DNA of 64,000 nucleotides, taken from assembly GCA_903936565.1 (NCBI GenBank), contig CAIZVZ010000009.1, positions 44,840-108,839 of the forward strand. The letters are read 5' to 3'. Positions 9,847 through 19,235 of the stretch are shown piece after piece. Both the position numbers and the translations under genes were made by a program. How positions within the stretch are numbered: position 1 is the first letter of the stretch; every line of letters starts with the position of its first letter. The notes under the pieces are model-generated. The model was not told the DNA's origin and ran no database searches. It saw only the letters and a program-made list of their open reading frames with translations. This DNA is from an uncultured bacterium. GTDB lineage: Bacteria > Patescibacteriota > Minisyncoccia > Phycocordibacterales > CAIZLB01.

Positions 9847-11427
9847 ATGGAAATTCAAACATCAGACGCTAGACCTCCGGTTGTAGTGGTAATGGGACAC
9901 ATTGACCACGGTAAATCGACACTCCTAGACTACATTAGAAAAACTAACGTGGTCGATAAAGAAGTTGGTGGAATTACACAAAGAATGTCTTCATATGAAG
10001 TTGTTCACAAATCAACCGATGCTAATGGAAAAGATGCATCGAAGACTATTGTATTTATCGACACCCCAGGACATGAGTCCTTTAGCGCAATCAGAGCAAG
10101 AGGAGCAACTGCCGCTGATATTGCAATTCTAGTCGTATCAGCCGAAGACGGTGTTAAACCTCAAACGCTAGATGCACTGAAGGCAATCAAGGACGCAGGA
10201 CTTTCATATATCGTCGGGATTAGTAAGATAGACAAACCAAACGCAGATATCGATAGAGTTAAACTATCGTTAGCAGAGAATGAAATCTATGTTGAAGGTT
10301 ACGGAGGAAATATTCCATGGGTAGCATTCTCTGGTAAGACAGGACAAGGAGTTGATGAATTACTTGATCTAATTCTCCTAACCGCTGAAGTTGATGAAAT
10401 AAGTGGAGATCCTTTTACCGATGCAGAATGTATCGTAATTGAAGCCAACAGAGACAAGGTTAGAGGAGTTTCTGCAACACTAATCGTTAAAAACGGAACA
10501 CTCTACACAGGCTCGTTCATCGTTTCTGGTACCGCCCTCTCCCCTGTTAGAATCATGGAAAATTTTCTAGGAAAGCCTCTAAAAGAAGCTGGCCCTTCTA
10601 CTCCAGTTCGTGTTGTCGGTTGGACTGATGAGCCTGAAGTCGGTGGAGTTTGCTTTACATTTGGAAGTAAAAAATCTGCAGAAATTTATATTGAGGACGA
10701 GATGATAAAAGTTAAGGAAAGAAGTGAAGCACTTGAGAAAGTTCGTAAGTCCGACAAGATAATTGCAACAAACAAAGCTAACGCGCTGGCGTTTGAAAAT
10801 GGCGAAGAGATTATCGAGACAGTTACTATCCCAGTAATAATCAAAGCAGATACTTCAGGATCTGCTGAGGCTGTAGTTTATGAAATTAAAAACAAGATTT
10901 CAGTTCCTAATATTGAAATCAGAATTGTAGCCATGAGTATTGGCGACGTATTGGAAAATGACATCAAACTAGCATCTGGAAAAGAAGGAACCGTTGTTCT
11001 GGGATTTAATACAAAGGTTGATAATAGCGCTAAGAGTATGGCTGAAAGGAATGGTATTCACATAATGACTTTTGACATCATTTACAAAATGACAGAGTGG
11101 CTACAAGCTTTTGCTGAAGAGAATCGACCAAGAACTCAAATTGAGGAATCAAAGGGAATGATTAAAGTTCTTAAAATATTTAGCGTTAATAAAGATAAGC
11201 AAGTTCTTGGAGGAAGAGTTGAGGTTGGCTCAATTTCCTTTAATGATGAAGTGAAGATTTTAAGACGCGACATTGAAATTGGAAGAGGTCGAGTTCGTGA
11301 ACTACAACACCACAAAGAGAAAACAAGCACAGTCGATGAAGGCTTAGAATTTGGTTCAATGATCGAATCAAAAGTTGAGATTACAGCTGGAGATAAATTA
11401 GAGTCAATACAGAAGGTTATTAAATAG
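9847..11427 (+). CDS. infB: Translation initiation factor IF-2 (short form lacking the N-terminal region)
   Basis: RPPVVVVMGHIDHGKST, GGITQ, DTPGHE; IF-2 C-terminal domains. Confidence 0.95.
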   Translation: MEIQTSDARPPVVVVMGHIDHGKSTLLDYIRKTNVVDKEVGGITQRMSSYEVVHKSTDANGKDASKTIVFIDTPGHESFSAIRARGATAADIAILVVSAEDGVKPQTLDALKAIKDAGLSYIVGISKIDKPNADIDRVKLSLAENEIYVEGYGGNIPWVAFSGKTGQGVDELLDLILLTAEVDEISGDPFTDAECIVIEANRDKVRGVSATLIVKNGTLYTGSFIVSGTALSPVRIMENFLGKPLKEAGPSTPVRVVGWTDEPEVGGVCFTFGSKKSAEIYIEDEMIKVKERSEALEKVRKSDKIIATNKANALAFENGEEIIETVTIPVIIKADTSGSAEAVVYEIKNKISVPNIEIRIVAMSIGDVLENDIKLASGKEGTVVLGFNTKVDNSAKSMAERNGIHIMTFDIIYKMTEWLQAFAEENRPRTQIEESKGMIKVLKIFSVNKDKQVLGGRVEVGSISFNDEVKILRRDIEIGRGRVRELQHHKEKTSTVDEGLEFGSMIESKVEITAGDKLESIQKVIK

Positions 11428-11434
11428 AATATAA

Positions 11435-11773
11435 ATGAAATCAAAAGCAATAATCAAACCTCATAGAGACGAACGAACAATACACATCATCAAGGAGTTG
11501 GCGATGGATTTTATGTCGCGTGAAGCTAACAGGACATCGTTGGTGACTGTTACTAATGTAATCCTTGGTGATAGAGCAAAGAAGGCCACAATCCTTCTCA
11601 GCGTCCTTCCTGAGGATAAGGCACCGGTTGTTGAAGAATTTGCAAATAGAAAGTGCAATGAATTCAGAAGTTATGTTAAAAGTCACTCAAAGCTGGGTAT
11701 AATCCCCTTCTTTGATTTCAAAATAGATTTGGGTGAAATCAATAGACAGAACATAGACAGAATGTTAAAATAG
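11435..11773 (+). CDS. rbfA: Ribosome-binding factor A
   Basis: Directly after infB; LVTVT.V...A.I..S, IP...FKID pattern. Confidence 0.85.
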   Translation: MKSKAIIKPHRDERTIHIIKELAMDFMSREANRTSLVTVTNVILGDRAKKATILLSVLPEDKAPVVEEFANRKCNEFRSYVKSHSKLGIIPFFDFKIDLGEINRQNIDRMLK

Positions 11774-11813
11774 CAAAAGTCAGTTACGGGCAGAGCAAGA
11801 AATGAGGCCCTTT

Positions 11814-11886
11814 GGCGTAGTGGCGAAGTGGTTAACGCGGCGATCTGCAAAATCGTTATACGCCGGTTCGATCCCGGCCTACGCCT
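11814..11886 (+). tRNA. tRNA-Cys(GCA)
   Basis: GGCGTAG/CTACGCC acceptor stem, anticodon loop CT-GCA-AA, GTTCGATCC; CCA not encoded. Confidence 0.93.
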
Positions 11887-11897
11887 CAAACACCCAT

Positions 11898-11980
11898 GCT
11901 CGGGTGGTGGAATGGTAGACACGCGACACTTAAAATGTCGTAGGCGAAAGCCTGTGCGGGTTCGAGTCCCGCCCTGAGCA
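11898..11980 (+). tRNA. tRNA-Leu(TAA)
   Basis: Anticodon arm CGACA-CTTAAAA-TGTCG, long variable arm, GTTCGAGTC. Confidence 0.93.
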
Positions 11981-12129
11981 CAGATCAGATGGTAAATAAG
12001 AATTGCAAAAGTAAGGCCAATATGAGCCTTATTTTTCGTTAAGAACTTGACACCGTCAACAAAATAGATTACAAGTAATAAGGACCGAGTACAAATTGTC
12101 GGTGCCACGAGAACAACAAGAACAGAACA

Positions 12130-12771
12130 ATGGTAAATAAAAATAACGTTAAGGTTGCTGTGTTTGCAGCATTCACCACTATAATCCCATTCAGCGGACA
12201 CGCTGAGGGTGGCGAAAAAAGCAAAAATTACAACCAAAGCGGAAATGGCGCAATGGGTAAACTCGAACAATACACCTTGTCCGTCAGGGCAACGAAGTAT
12301 CACAAGACCGAACCTAATTGTGACATCGACACAAAGCATGAGCGATCATGCACAGGTGTTAGACTCCGAGAAGGAGCGCCTGGGGTCATCGGAACTGTTG
12401 CCGTTGACCCAAATGTTATACCGTTTGGTTCATTGGTTCTAATCAACACAAAAAGCGGGAGCGTGCTTCCGTACTTATGTGTTGACAAAGGAGCGTATGT
12501 AACCAAGAAAATCGCCTCGCAAAAACTTGCAAAACAAGAAAAGCGAGGGGAGGCATGGGCTACACGCCCAGTGATTGACGTATATTCCCCCAAATCAATC
12601 ACGAGCGACTGGACAACAGTACTCGTGATTAAGGGCCCTTCCTTGAGGGGTCTGAATGATGCGGAGAGACTAAAGCGCCTGCAAGAGCGCATGTCTGTCA
12701 ATTACTGGATGTCCATGGGGCTTGAGACGCCGGCGCAACAAAGACGCCAGCTCCTAGCCTGCAATCAGTAA
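12130..12771 (+). CDS. 3D-domain (cell-wall lytic, RlpA/MltA-like) secreted protein
   Basis: Signal peptide; ATKY, VAVDPNVIPFGS, VDKG, VIDVY supply the three Asp motifs. Confidence 0.75.
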   Translation: MVNKNNVKVAVFAAFTTIIPFSGHAEGGEKSKNYNQSGNGAMGKLEQYTLSVRATKYHKTEPNCDIDTKHERSCTGVRLREGAPGVIGTVAVDPNVIPFGSLVLINTKSGSVLPYLCVDKGAYVTKKIASQKLAKQEKRGEAWATRPVIDVYSPKSITSDWTTVLVIKGPSLRGLNDAERLKRLQERMSVNYWMSMGLETPAQQRRQLLACNQ

Positions 12772-12783
12772 CTGGTAACCCCC

Positions 12784-12819
12784 GGGGTCGAGTGCACTGC
12801 ACTCGACCCCTCTTTTTTT
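12784..12819 (+). terminator. Intrinsic terminator
   Basis: GGGGTCGAGTGCA-C-TGCACTCGACCCC followed by a T-run. Confidence 0.85.
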
Positions 12820-12883
12820 ACACAAATAAAACACCCAAAATAGTTGTATAAAATATGTTTTTTTGATACCATTATCAGCATAT

Positions 12884-12956
12884 CCGCCCGTAGCTCAGTT
12901 GGTAGAGCAGTCGCCTCTTAAGTGAACGGTCGTAGGTTCGAATCCTACCGGGCGGA
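12884..12956 (+). tRNA. tRNA-Lys(CTT)
   Basis: CCGCCCG/CGGGCGG acceptor stem, anticodon loop CT-CTT-AA, GTTCGAATC. Confidence 0.9.
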
Positions 12957-13057
12957 CAAGAGTTTAAAACTCTATGAAGTAAGGCACAAAGCTCTAATTC
13001 ATGGGCTGTTAAATTCTTAAAATCAAGTGACCAAAAACTTGAAGAATCGTAAAACAT

Positions 13058-13142
13058 GGGCGAGTGGCGGAATTGGTATACGCGCTAGTCTTAGGAACTA
13101 GTTCCGTAAGGATTGAGGGTTCGAGTCCCTCCTCGCCCACCA
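13058..13142 (+). tRNA. tRNA-Leu(TAG)
   Basis: CTAGT-CTTAGGA-ACTAG anticodon arm, long variable arm, encoded CCA. Confidence 0.95.
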
Positions 13143-13271
13143 GAAAAAATACAGACGCAAGTCTGTATTTTTTTGTGGCTATAGAGAAATCGTTTAGAGG
13201 CACTTCCATGAGTAATGCTTTACACACTAAGTACTCAATGAGTCAGAGACAGCGCAACAATGTTAAGATTT

Positions 13272-13502
13272 TCACTCTGGAGGCATAGGAGGCTTTTCCA
13301 TATCTTCAGTCACAGAATCGATATTGGTATTTATTGTCTCCTCAATTCCATTTTTCACATCAGAATTTTCTACAGAATTACCACCTTGATTTATTAGTCC
13401 AGTTTTAGATTTACTATTATAAACTAGATAAAACGCTCCAATTAATATTAGTACACCTAATATAATTATGATTATCGCCTTTCTTTTTGAAGTTTTTAAC
13501 AT
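13272..13502 (-). CDS. Small single-TM hypothetical protein
   Basis: 76-aa ORF with N-terminal TM, abutting the upstream gene. Confidence 0.65.
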   Translation of the reverse strand: MLKTSKRKAIIIIILGVLILIGAFYLVYNSKSKTGLINQGGNSVENSDVKNGIEETINTNIDSVTEDMEKPPMPPE

Positions 13503-13503
13503 A

Positions 13504-14787
13504 TTATTTATCTTTTAGAACACAATCATTAGCAACCTTAATAAAATATCCCCTATTTAGTCTTAATTTATTTTCAAATGGCTTTGAAAACTTACGTGTA
13601 TCAAAGAGGTCACTAACTATACTAGTGTGAGTATATATAGTAGCCAAAAATTGCCATGGTCCCCTATCAATTTTACAATCGCCCAAAATATCACTGAAAT
13701 TTAAACGATTAAAATTAGAACCTCCGTCATATTCCTCTCTTTGACCGTAGGCGCTGATTGGCGCACCAATCAAATTCCAACCAGCCTTTAATTTAACACC
13801 ACTTGTCGTCACAGACTTCTTACCAGAAACAAGTATCTCACAATCAATGTCTGATATAGTATTTTTCTTTGTTTGTATTTTTACCCAAACTCCTTTACCA
13901 GCAGGAATCTTTCCTCCTTCTTTTAGGTTACCTAAATTTTCATAATTCTTTGAGCTATTATTCCACCCCCACATCGTAGCCTGATTACATGTGCTTTCCA
14001 GAACTGTTCCATATCCATCACCATCTTCCATGTATATTGAGAATAAGTTCCAGCCTGTTCCAAATGTGACTTTTGAACCGTCTATAATAGTTAAATCAAC
14101 AGAATCTTTACCATAATCATTGACATGAACATAAGAACCAAGAGAAGTTCCCACGCCTTTCCCAACACCAATATATTCATCAATTTTCTTTCCCTGACTA
14201 TTATAGAATGAGAAATAAGGACTACTCCATCTTTGATCAAACGAATCTAGTTTTAATTTGTAACCATTTCCCAAGGTGGTTTCATCTCCAATCTTAAGTA
14301 CAACTTTTTTACCGTTTTTATAAGTCAGAGTTTTGTTGACCTCTTCTATTTTTTTACTTTCTTTACTTGTTACCATCTTTGGCAAAGACTCGTCTATGGA
14401 GGCAATATTCACCCTCACCTTTTCATAAGCTTTTACTAATGGAGAACCGGTTGGAGAAGTTTTGCCCAAAAGCTCTAGTGATTTAATTTCCACCTTTAAT
14501 TTTGAGTCTGTTCCAAATTTCTTCCCAACCTCCGGCTTGGACACAGTATTCTGAAAAGGTGCCCCAGGATATTCTTTTCCTTTTGGATCAAATAACTTAA
14601 AATTAAATTCCTCACCAGAATAACCCCAAAAAATTCCTATAATTTCAACCTTCCAACCATTATCTAATTTAATAACGTCACCCTTCTTCACTTCATGAGT
14701 ACCATCGCCCGAAAAGTCAGAAGCGTAAGCCAAGAAAGGCATCAAAACTACAATTAACAATGTTAATAAGTATGGTAATTTTCTCAT
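13504..14787 (-). CDS. Secreted/surface protein with GWNL repeats
   Basis: Signal peptide; two GWNL(F/I) units each followed by G.G.(W/F)(V/I)K. Confidence 0.7.
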   Translation of the reverse strand: MRKLPYLLTLLIVVLMPFLAYASDFSGDGTHEVKKGDVIKLDNGWKVEIIGIFWGYSGEEFNFKLFDPKGKEYPGAPFQNTVSKPEVGKKFGTDSKLKVEIKSLELLGKTSPTGSPLVKAYEKVRVNIASIDESLPKMVTSKESKKIEEVNKTLTYKNGKKVVLKIGDETTLGNGYKLKLDSFDQRWSSPYFSFYNSQGKKIDEYIGVGKGVGTSLGSYVHVNDYGKDSVDLTIIDGSKVTFGTGWNLFSIYMEDGDGYGTVLESTCNQATMWGWNNSSKNYENLGNLKEGGKIPAGKGVWVKIQTKKNTISDIDCEILVSGKKSVTTSGVKLKAGWNLIGAPISAYGQREEYDGGSNFNRLNFSDILGDCKIDRGPWQFLATIYTHTSIVSDLFDTRKFSKPFENKLRLNRGYFIKVANDCVLKDK

Positions 14788-14946
14788 ATTTAAATGATAA
14801 CATATTTATTTTAAATAACTATCTAGGTATGCACCCGTACTGGACTTTTTACATATTTATGTTAATTTACTTAAGGCTTTGTCAGAAGAACTTAGTAAGT
14901 CTTCCCCTCTCAACCCCAATCAACACAAACCCCAGACCCAAACCGA

Positions 14947-15393
14947 ATGAAACCAGTTATCTTAGTCTTGTTTGCAACAATCTGCTACGCAATCGCCAAC
15001 TCAATTCTCGAGACGAGGTTGTCAAAGTACAACCCACTTTCATTAATGATTTGCTATTTGCCTATTGTGCTGACATGCGCAGTTCTTGCACGCGTCTTCA
15101 CCAAAGTGGAGAATCCATCCTTCGATTTCCCAACAGGGAGCGCTGTCGCTGCGGTAGTTATCCTAGGAGTAGTATACTCCGTAGCTGACTACCTATACAT
15201 CGGCTCATACGCAGTGGGTGGATCGTCAATTACAATCACAAGTGTCCTGACGACGATGCCAATATTTGTCTCTGTCATCAAACTGCTGTCAGATGGCAAA
15301 CTCCCCAACAAATGGCAAATTGGCAGTTACGTTCTAATTTGCATCGCCCTCGCATTAATGGCAAAAGGCAGCGCTGTTACAACGACAAAATAA
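14947..15393 (+). CDS. EamA/DMT-family membrane protein (single repeat)
   Basis: Five TM helices, T.PIFV, P..WQI.G-like C-terminus. Confidence 0.7.
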   Translation: MKPVILVLFATICYAIANSILETRLSKYNPLSLMICYLPIVLTCAVLARVFTKVENPSFDFPTGSAVAAVVILGVVYSVADYLYIGSYAVGGSSITITSVLTTMPIFVSVIKLLSDGKLPNKWQIGSYVLICIALALMAKGSAVTTTK

Positions 15394-15510
15394 CACGAGA
15401 TGCCATTCACCGACAGTCACAATCCCAACCCTACAAGGAGCCGCCCTCTTAGTGGGGCTTCTGATTTTTAATATTTTAAAATAGACCACTAATCACGTAT
15501 AATATAGATA

Positions 15511-16182
15511 ATGTCCAAGAAACCTATTCTAAAATTATTATTCATATTCATAATTGGAATAATCACTATTTTACTTATACAGAACTCGTACTTAAGTTAT
15601 AATTTTTATAACAATATTTTCAGATTATCACAAGAACAAGTTCAGGGATCCTTAATCGTGACAACGCGTCAATGTGAAAAAGTAAAGGACTGCAAACTAC
15701 AACCTGGTGACATACTAATCCGTAGATATATCACGGACAGAACAAGACTTATTGATAGACTATTTCATCCATATTTTACGCATTCAGCTTTTTATCTGGG
15801 AGACGGCCTGCTTGTAGAAGCGGTTGGCACTGAGAAAAATCGTGAAGACGACATACAAATTAGCGAATTATCCAAAAGCGATTGGTTAAACCCCGATGTG
15901 TATAATTTTGTCATCATTAGACCTAAAAACTATTCTTCCAAATTAGACATTATAAAATATAATCTATTGCAAATTGCAAACGATTCCGACTACTTTTTTG
16001 GAATACCAACTCAGGGTGAAAAAAAGGCAACATGCGCGGACCTAATTTATAATCAATTGTCAGATCAATATATTATTAACGCCTCAAATACAGCAAATGT
16101 AATAACTCCAGATTATTTGTTTTTTACACTTACTAGTGATTCAAATAATTTTGAAGTAATTGGCTTTAATATACAAAAATAG
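15511..16182 (+). CDS. Permuted papain-like amidase (YiiX/YebB, NlpC/P60-like)
   Basis: LQPGDILI, FTHSAFYLG..LVEA, TCADLIY, ITPD. Confidence 0.8.
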   Translation: MSKKPILKLLFIFIIGIITILLIQNSYLSYNFYNNIFRLSQEQVQGSLIVTTRQCEKVKDCKLQPGDILIRRYITDRTRLIDRLFHPYFTHSAFYLGDGLLVEAVGTEKNREDDIQISELSKSDWLNPDVYNFVIIRPKNYSSKLDIIKYNLLQIANDSDYFFGIPTQGEKKATCADLIYNQLSDQYIINASNTANVITPDYLFFTLTSDSNNFEVIGFNIQK

Positions 16183-16203
16183 TTTTTATATTAACCAACA
16201 AAC

Positions 16204-16680
16204 CTAGAAGAAGTAACTAGAGGCAAAGTAAGCAAAGATGCCACCAAACAAAATTATTTCGGCTGCAATTACGTATATAATAAACTTTATGTTCCACTTT
16301 CTAGCATAGACACTGATAGCGTAGAAGATAGCAAAAATGATTGCCGACAAGGTAAAGGTAATACCAAGCAGGGCCGGACCTAGCTCGCAGAGCTTACCCG
16401 TACACGTATTGTAATCATATATAAAATATGGAAGTGGCAACAACAGCAAGATAGGTATTCCATATCCAAAACGGTCTTTAAGTCTACTATTTGATCGCGA
16501 AATCATAACAGGCACTGCAGACAAGACAATAGAAAAACACATCACAACAGAGAACACTGGTTGCTCTATTAATTCAAACAAATTTTCCAATCCAGTAGTA
16601 AAAATCATAGCTAAAGCTACGGCAATATTTTCGATTATCACAGCCAGCCAAATATAAAAGGGTCTTTTGTCTATTTCCAT
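16204..16680 (-). CDS. Hypothetical multi-TM protein
   Basis: About 5 hydrophobic segments. Confidence 0.7.
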   Translation of the reverse strand: MEIDKRPFYIWLAVIIENIAVALAMIFTTGLENLFELIEQPVFSVVMCFSIVLSAVPVMISRSNSRLKDRFGYGIPILLLLPLPYFIYDYNTCTGKLCELGPALLGITFTLSAIIFAIFYAISVYARKWNIKFIIYVIAAEIILFGGIFAYFASSYFF

Positions 16681-16830
16681 AAATTTTGATTATTTTAATT
16701 AATATTTTATTAGTATAAGTATAACAAATACCACAAACAATATCACGCTCGAACATAGTACTCCACACAAACAAAAAACACAGAGAATGACTCTGTGTTT
16801 TTTGTTTTATACGAGGCTCCTTAGAATAAT

Positions 16831-17121
16831 CTAAAGCTTCCTAATATTCATGATGCTCCCTGTTGGTCCGCCAACACTGTTTGATATAACCGTCATTATA
16901 CCAAAAACGGTGAACATTATTGCAAATCCAATAATACTCCATAATATATGATTTCTACCTGTCTCCCTTGCTTTTGGATCGCCCGCTCCTCTTACATACT
17001 TAAAAACACCCCATAAGAAAACCACCATTGCAACCGCAAATCCCAAGACAATAAGTGGATTAATTACAAATCTGTTTATAGAGCTTATAAGTGCCTGAAG
17101 TGCAGGAGGTATATTTCCCAT
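16831..17121 (-). CDS. VirB2/TrbC-like pilin (CPR pilin family)
   Basis: Two TM helices around FLWG..KY..GDPKAR..GR..ILW..IG. Confidence 0.75.
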   Translation of the reverse strand: MGNIPPALQALISSINRFVINPLIVLGFAVAMVVFLWGVFKYVRGAGDPKARETGRNHILWSIIGFAIMFTVFGIMTVISNSVGGPTGSIMNIRKL

Positions 17122-17178
17122 AATTATTTTATATTATTTATTAGATAAAATTACTCAATGTGAGCAATATACCGATAA

Positions 17179-17502
17179 TTATCTTAATTGAATTGAACCA
17201 TTCGCTGATGGTACGCCAGGAGCTTGAGGAACGTTTTGATTCAAACTGAATGTACTTGTTAGAAGATTTACCAATCCCCAAACTGATACCATCACAGCAA
17301 GACCAATAATACCCCAAATGATGTATCCTCTAGCCTCTGCTCTAGCTTCAGAATCCTTTGAGGAGAAAACTAGTTTAAAGATACCCCACAAGAAAAACAG
17401 AACCGTAAGACTTATAACGTAAGGAATAAGCCTTGTCGTGAAATCACTCACTTGCGCGAGTAACGCATAAAGGCCGCTAATTCCAGGTTGTGCAGTGTTC
17501 AT
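17179..17502 (-). CDS. VirB2/TrbC-like pilin
   Basis: FLWGIFK..DSEARAEARGYIIWGIIGLAVMVSVWGLV. Confidence 0.75.
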   Translation of the reverse strand: MNTAQPGISGLYALLAQVSDFTTRLIPYVISLTVLFFLWGIFKLVFSSKDSEARAEARGYIIWGIIGLAVMVSVWGLVNLLTSTFSLNQNVPQAPGVPSANGSIQLR

Positions 17503-17624
17503 AATTAAATTATTTTTATTAAATGATAAGCTTATCTTTTATATAAGTAACTGAATGTCACTTATTACTATTATACATCACTATTTGAAAGTTACATACA
17601 TAGTCAACAAAAAAGCTGTGGATT

Positions 17625-17927
17625 CTAAAAAAGTCTAGGAGATGGAAAACCGGGGACCATTGCACCTGTTACACCAAAACCAAAAAAGGATATCAACAAA
17701 TTGACCAATCCCCATATCGATACCATAACAAACAATGCAACAACTCCCCATACAATATAGCCTTTAGCTTGTGCCCTTTCCTTAGAATCCCTATTAGAAA
17801 AGACTAATTTAAAAATTCCCCAAAGGAAAACCAGTACAGTCAGTATTAATATGAATGCGATAAACTTGTTAATAAAACCTATCAAAAATGGTACCAACCC
17901 CCTTGCTCCGTTCGAAGTATTTAGCAT
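17625..17927 (-). CDS. VirB2/TrbC-like pilin
   Basis: FLWGIFK..DSKERAQAKGYIVWGVVALFVMVSIWGLV. Confidence 0.75.
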   Translation of the reverse strand: MLNTSNGARGLVPFLIGFINKFIAFILILTVLVFLWGIFKLVFSNRDSKERAQAKGYIVWGVVALFVMVSIWGLVNLLISFFGFGVTGAMVPGFPSPRLF

Positions 17928-17952
17928 GTTAGTTAATTAGTATCAATATTTA

Positions 17953-18267
17953 TTAATTAAGCTGAGGAATCAACAATCCTCCTGAGAAGAAGGTTGTTGT
18001 CAAAAGGTATACTAAGCTCCAAACAGAAATCATTACAGCGAGCCCGACAATTCCATAGGTAATAAAGGCGATTCCCTCTTGTCTTTTTTTAGGATCAGCC
18101 CCTGATGTTACAGTTTTAAAAACGCCCCATAAAAAAACCAGCAGTGCTAATGAAATAATAAAGGGTACAATATAGCCCCTAATTATATCTATTAAACTAG
18201 CAACAAGACTTCTGAAATCGTATACACCATTCACTTGTGCCATTAAAGAATTTTTATTTAAATCCAT
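17953..18267 (-). CDS. VirB2/TrbC-like pilin
   Basis: FLWGVFK..ADPKKRQEGIAFITYGIVGL. Confidence 0.75.
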   Translation of the reverse strand: MDLNKNSLMAQVNGVYDFRSLVASLIDIIRGYIVPFIISLALLVFLWGVFKTVTSGADPKKRQEGIAFITYGIVGLAVMISVWSLVYLLTTTFFSGGLLIPQLN

Positions 18268-18322
18268 TTTTATAAGTTAAGCTAATAATTTATTCTACCA
18301 TAGTCCAAATTTAGACTCCATA

Positions 18323-18727
18323 CTATTGCCCACTACCAACCTGCATAATTGTGGTTCTAACAACAATAGAAATTGCTTGTGCGCCAAAAATTATGGCGAC
18401 ACCAATAACAACATATAGAAGCATGGTTCTTGCCTTCGTAATCTTTGCAGGGTCCCCAGCCGCCAAGACAAACTTCAGACCAGCAAGGATGATGTATACA
18501 ACAGATAGGACACCAGCAATGATCTGAACTGTAGTAATTATAATGCTCAAAACTTGATCAAGGGTTGTCGTGCTACCTAGGGGGTTAGTAATTCTTCCAC
18601 TGGTATCATTGGTTGTATCTGCATATACCATGTTGGCATGTGGTGTGGTCACAAAACTTAGACCGAATACCGACACTAGCATCATGGCTCCCATAACTGT
18701 GTGTAAAATTAATTTATTTTTTTTCAT
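18323..18727 (-). CDS. VirB2/TrbC-like pilin with signal peptide
   Basis: ITNPLG, AGLKFVLAAGDPAKITKAR..LLYVVIG. Confidence 0.78.
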   Translation of the reverse strand: MKKNKLILHTVMGAMMLVSVFGLSFVTTPHANMVYADTTNDTSGRITNPLGSTTTLDQVLSIIITTVQIIAGVLSVVYIILAGLKFVLAAGDPAKITKARTMLLYVVIGVAIIFGAQAISIVVRTTIMQVGSGQ

Positions 18728-18747
18728 TTTATTGACTTATTAACCTA

Positions 18748-19176
18748 TCATATTATGCTATCGTAAAAAAACGGATCAACACCCAAACTCTTTAGTATAA
18801 AGTATACAATAATCCAACCACAAAGTGTATATGCCAAACCCCACATCATCTTGGTGAGCATATCTCTTGCCTTCTTAACCTTGCCCACGTCCCCTCCTGA
18901 AGTCAAATACATAAACCCTGTGTAAAGAAGAACCAAAACTAACAATATCGCAATCAGTTGAACACCATAATGCACAATAGCGTTTATCAAGTTTATCAAA
19001 TCAACCCAACCGCATGATGCTCCGGCTAATGTACAGCCACTTAGGATATTGGACACTGGATTAACTGTATCTGCACCTGCGTATATCGGACTAAATACTG
19101 CAATAAGGGCAATCACAGCCACAAGCTTCATAGTTGGTATAAACGAGAACATTTTATAAAATTTAATTTTTATCAT
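18748..19176 (-). CDS. VirB2/TrbC-like pilin with Cys pair
   Basis: C..CGWVDL, GFMYLTSGGDVGKVKKAR. Confidence 0.78.
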   Translation of the reverse strand: MIKIKFYKMFSFIPTMKLVAVIALIAVFSPIYAGADTVNPVSNILSGCTLAGASCGWVDLINLINAIVHYGVQLIAILLVLVLLYTGFMYLTSGGDVGKVKKARDMLTKMMWGLAYTLCGWIIVYFILKSLGVDPFFYDSII

Positions 19177-19235
19177 TTTGGTTTGTTGTATTATAACACA
19201 TTAAGTCTTCACTAAAACGGCTTAAGCCAGCTAAT

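Noticed and set aside
9847-11427. infB as a truncated pseudogene
   Set aside because: G-domain and C-terminal domains are intact; N-terminally short IF-2 is normal in reduced genomes.
11683-12339. 218-aa minus-strand ORF
   Set aside because: Antisense to two tRNAs and the 3D-domain gene; shadow ORF.
12875-13288. Short ORFs over tRNA-Lys and tRNA-Leu (also 49675..49950 over tRNA-Ser)
   Set aside because: They are translations of tRNA genes.
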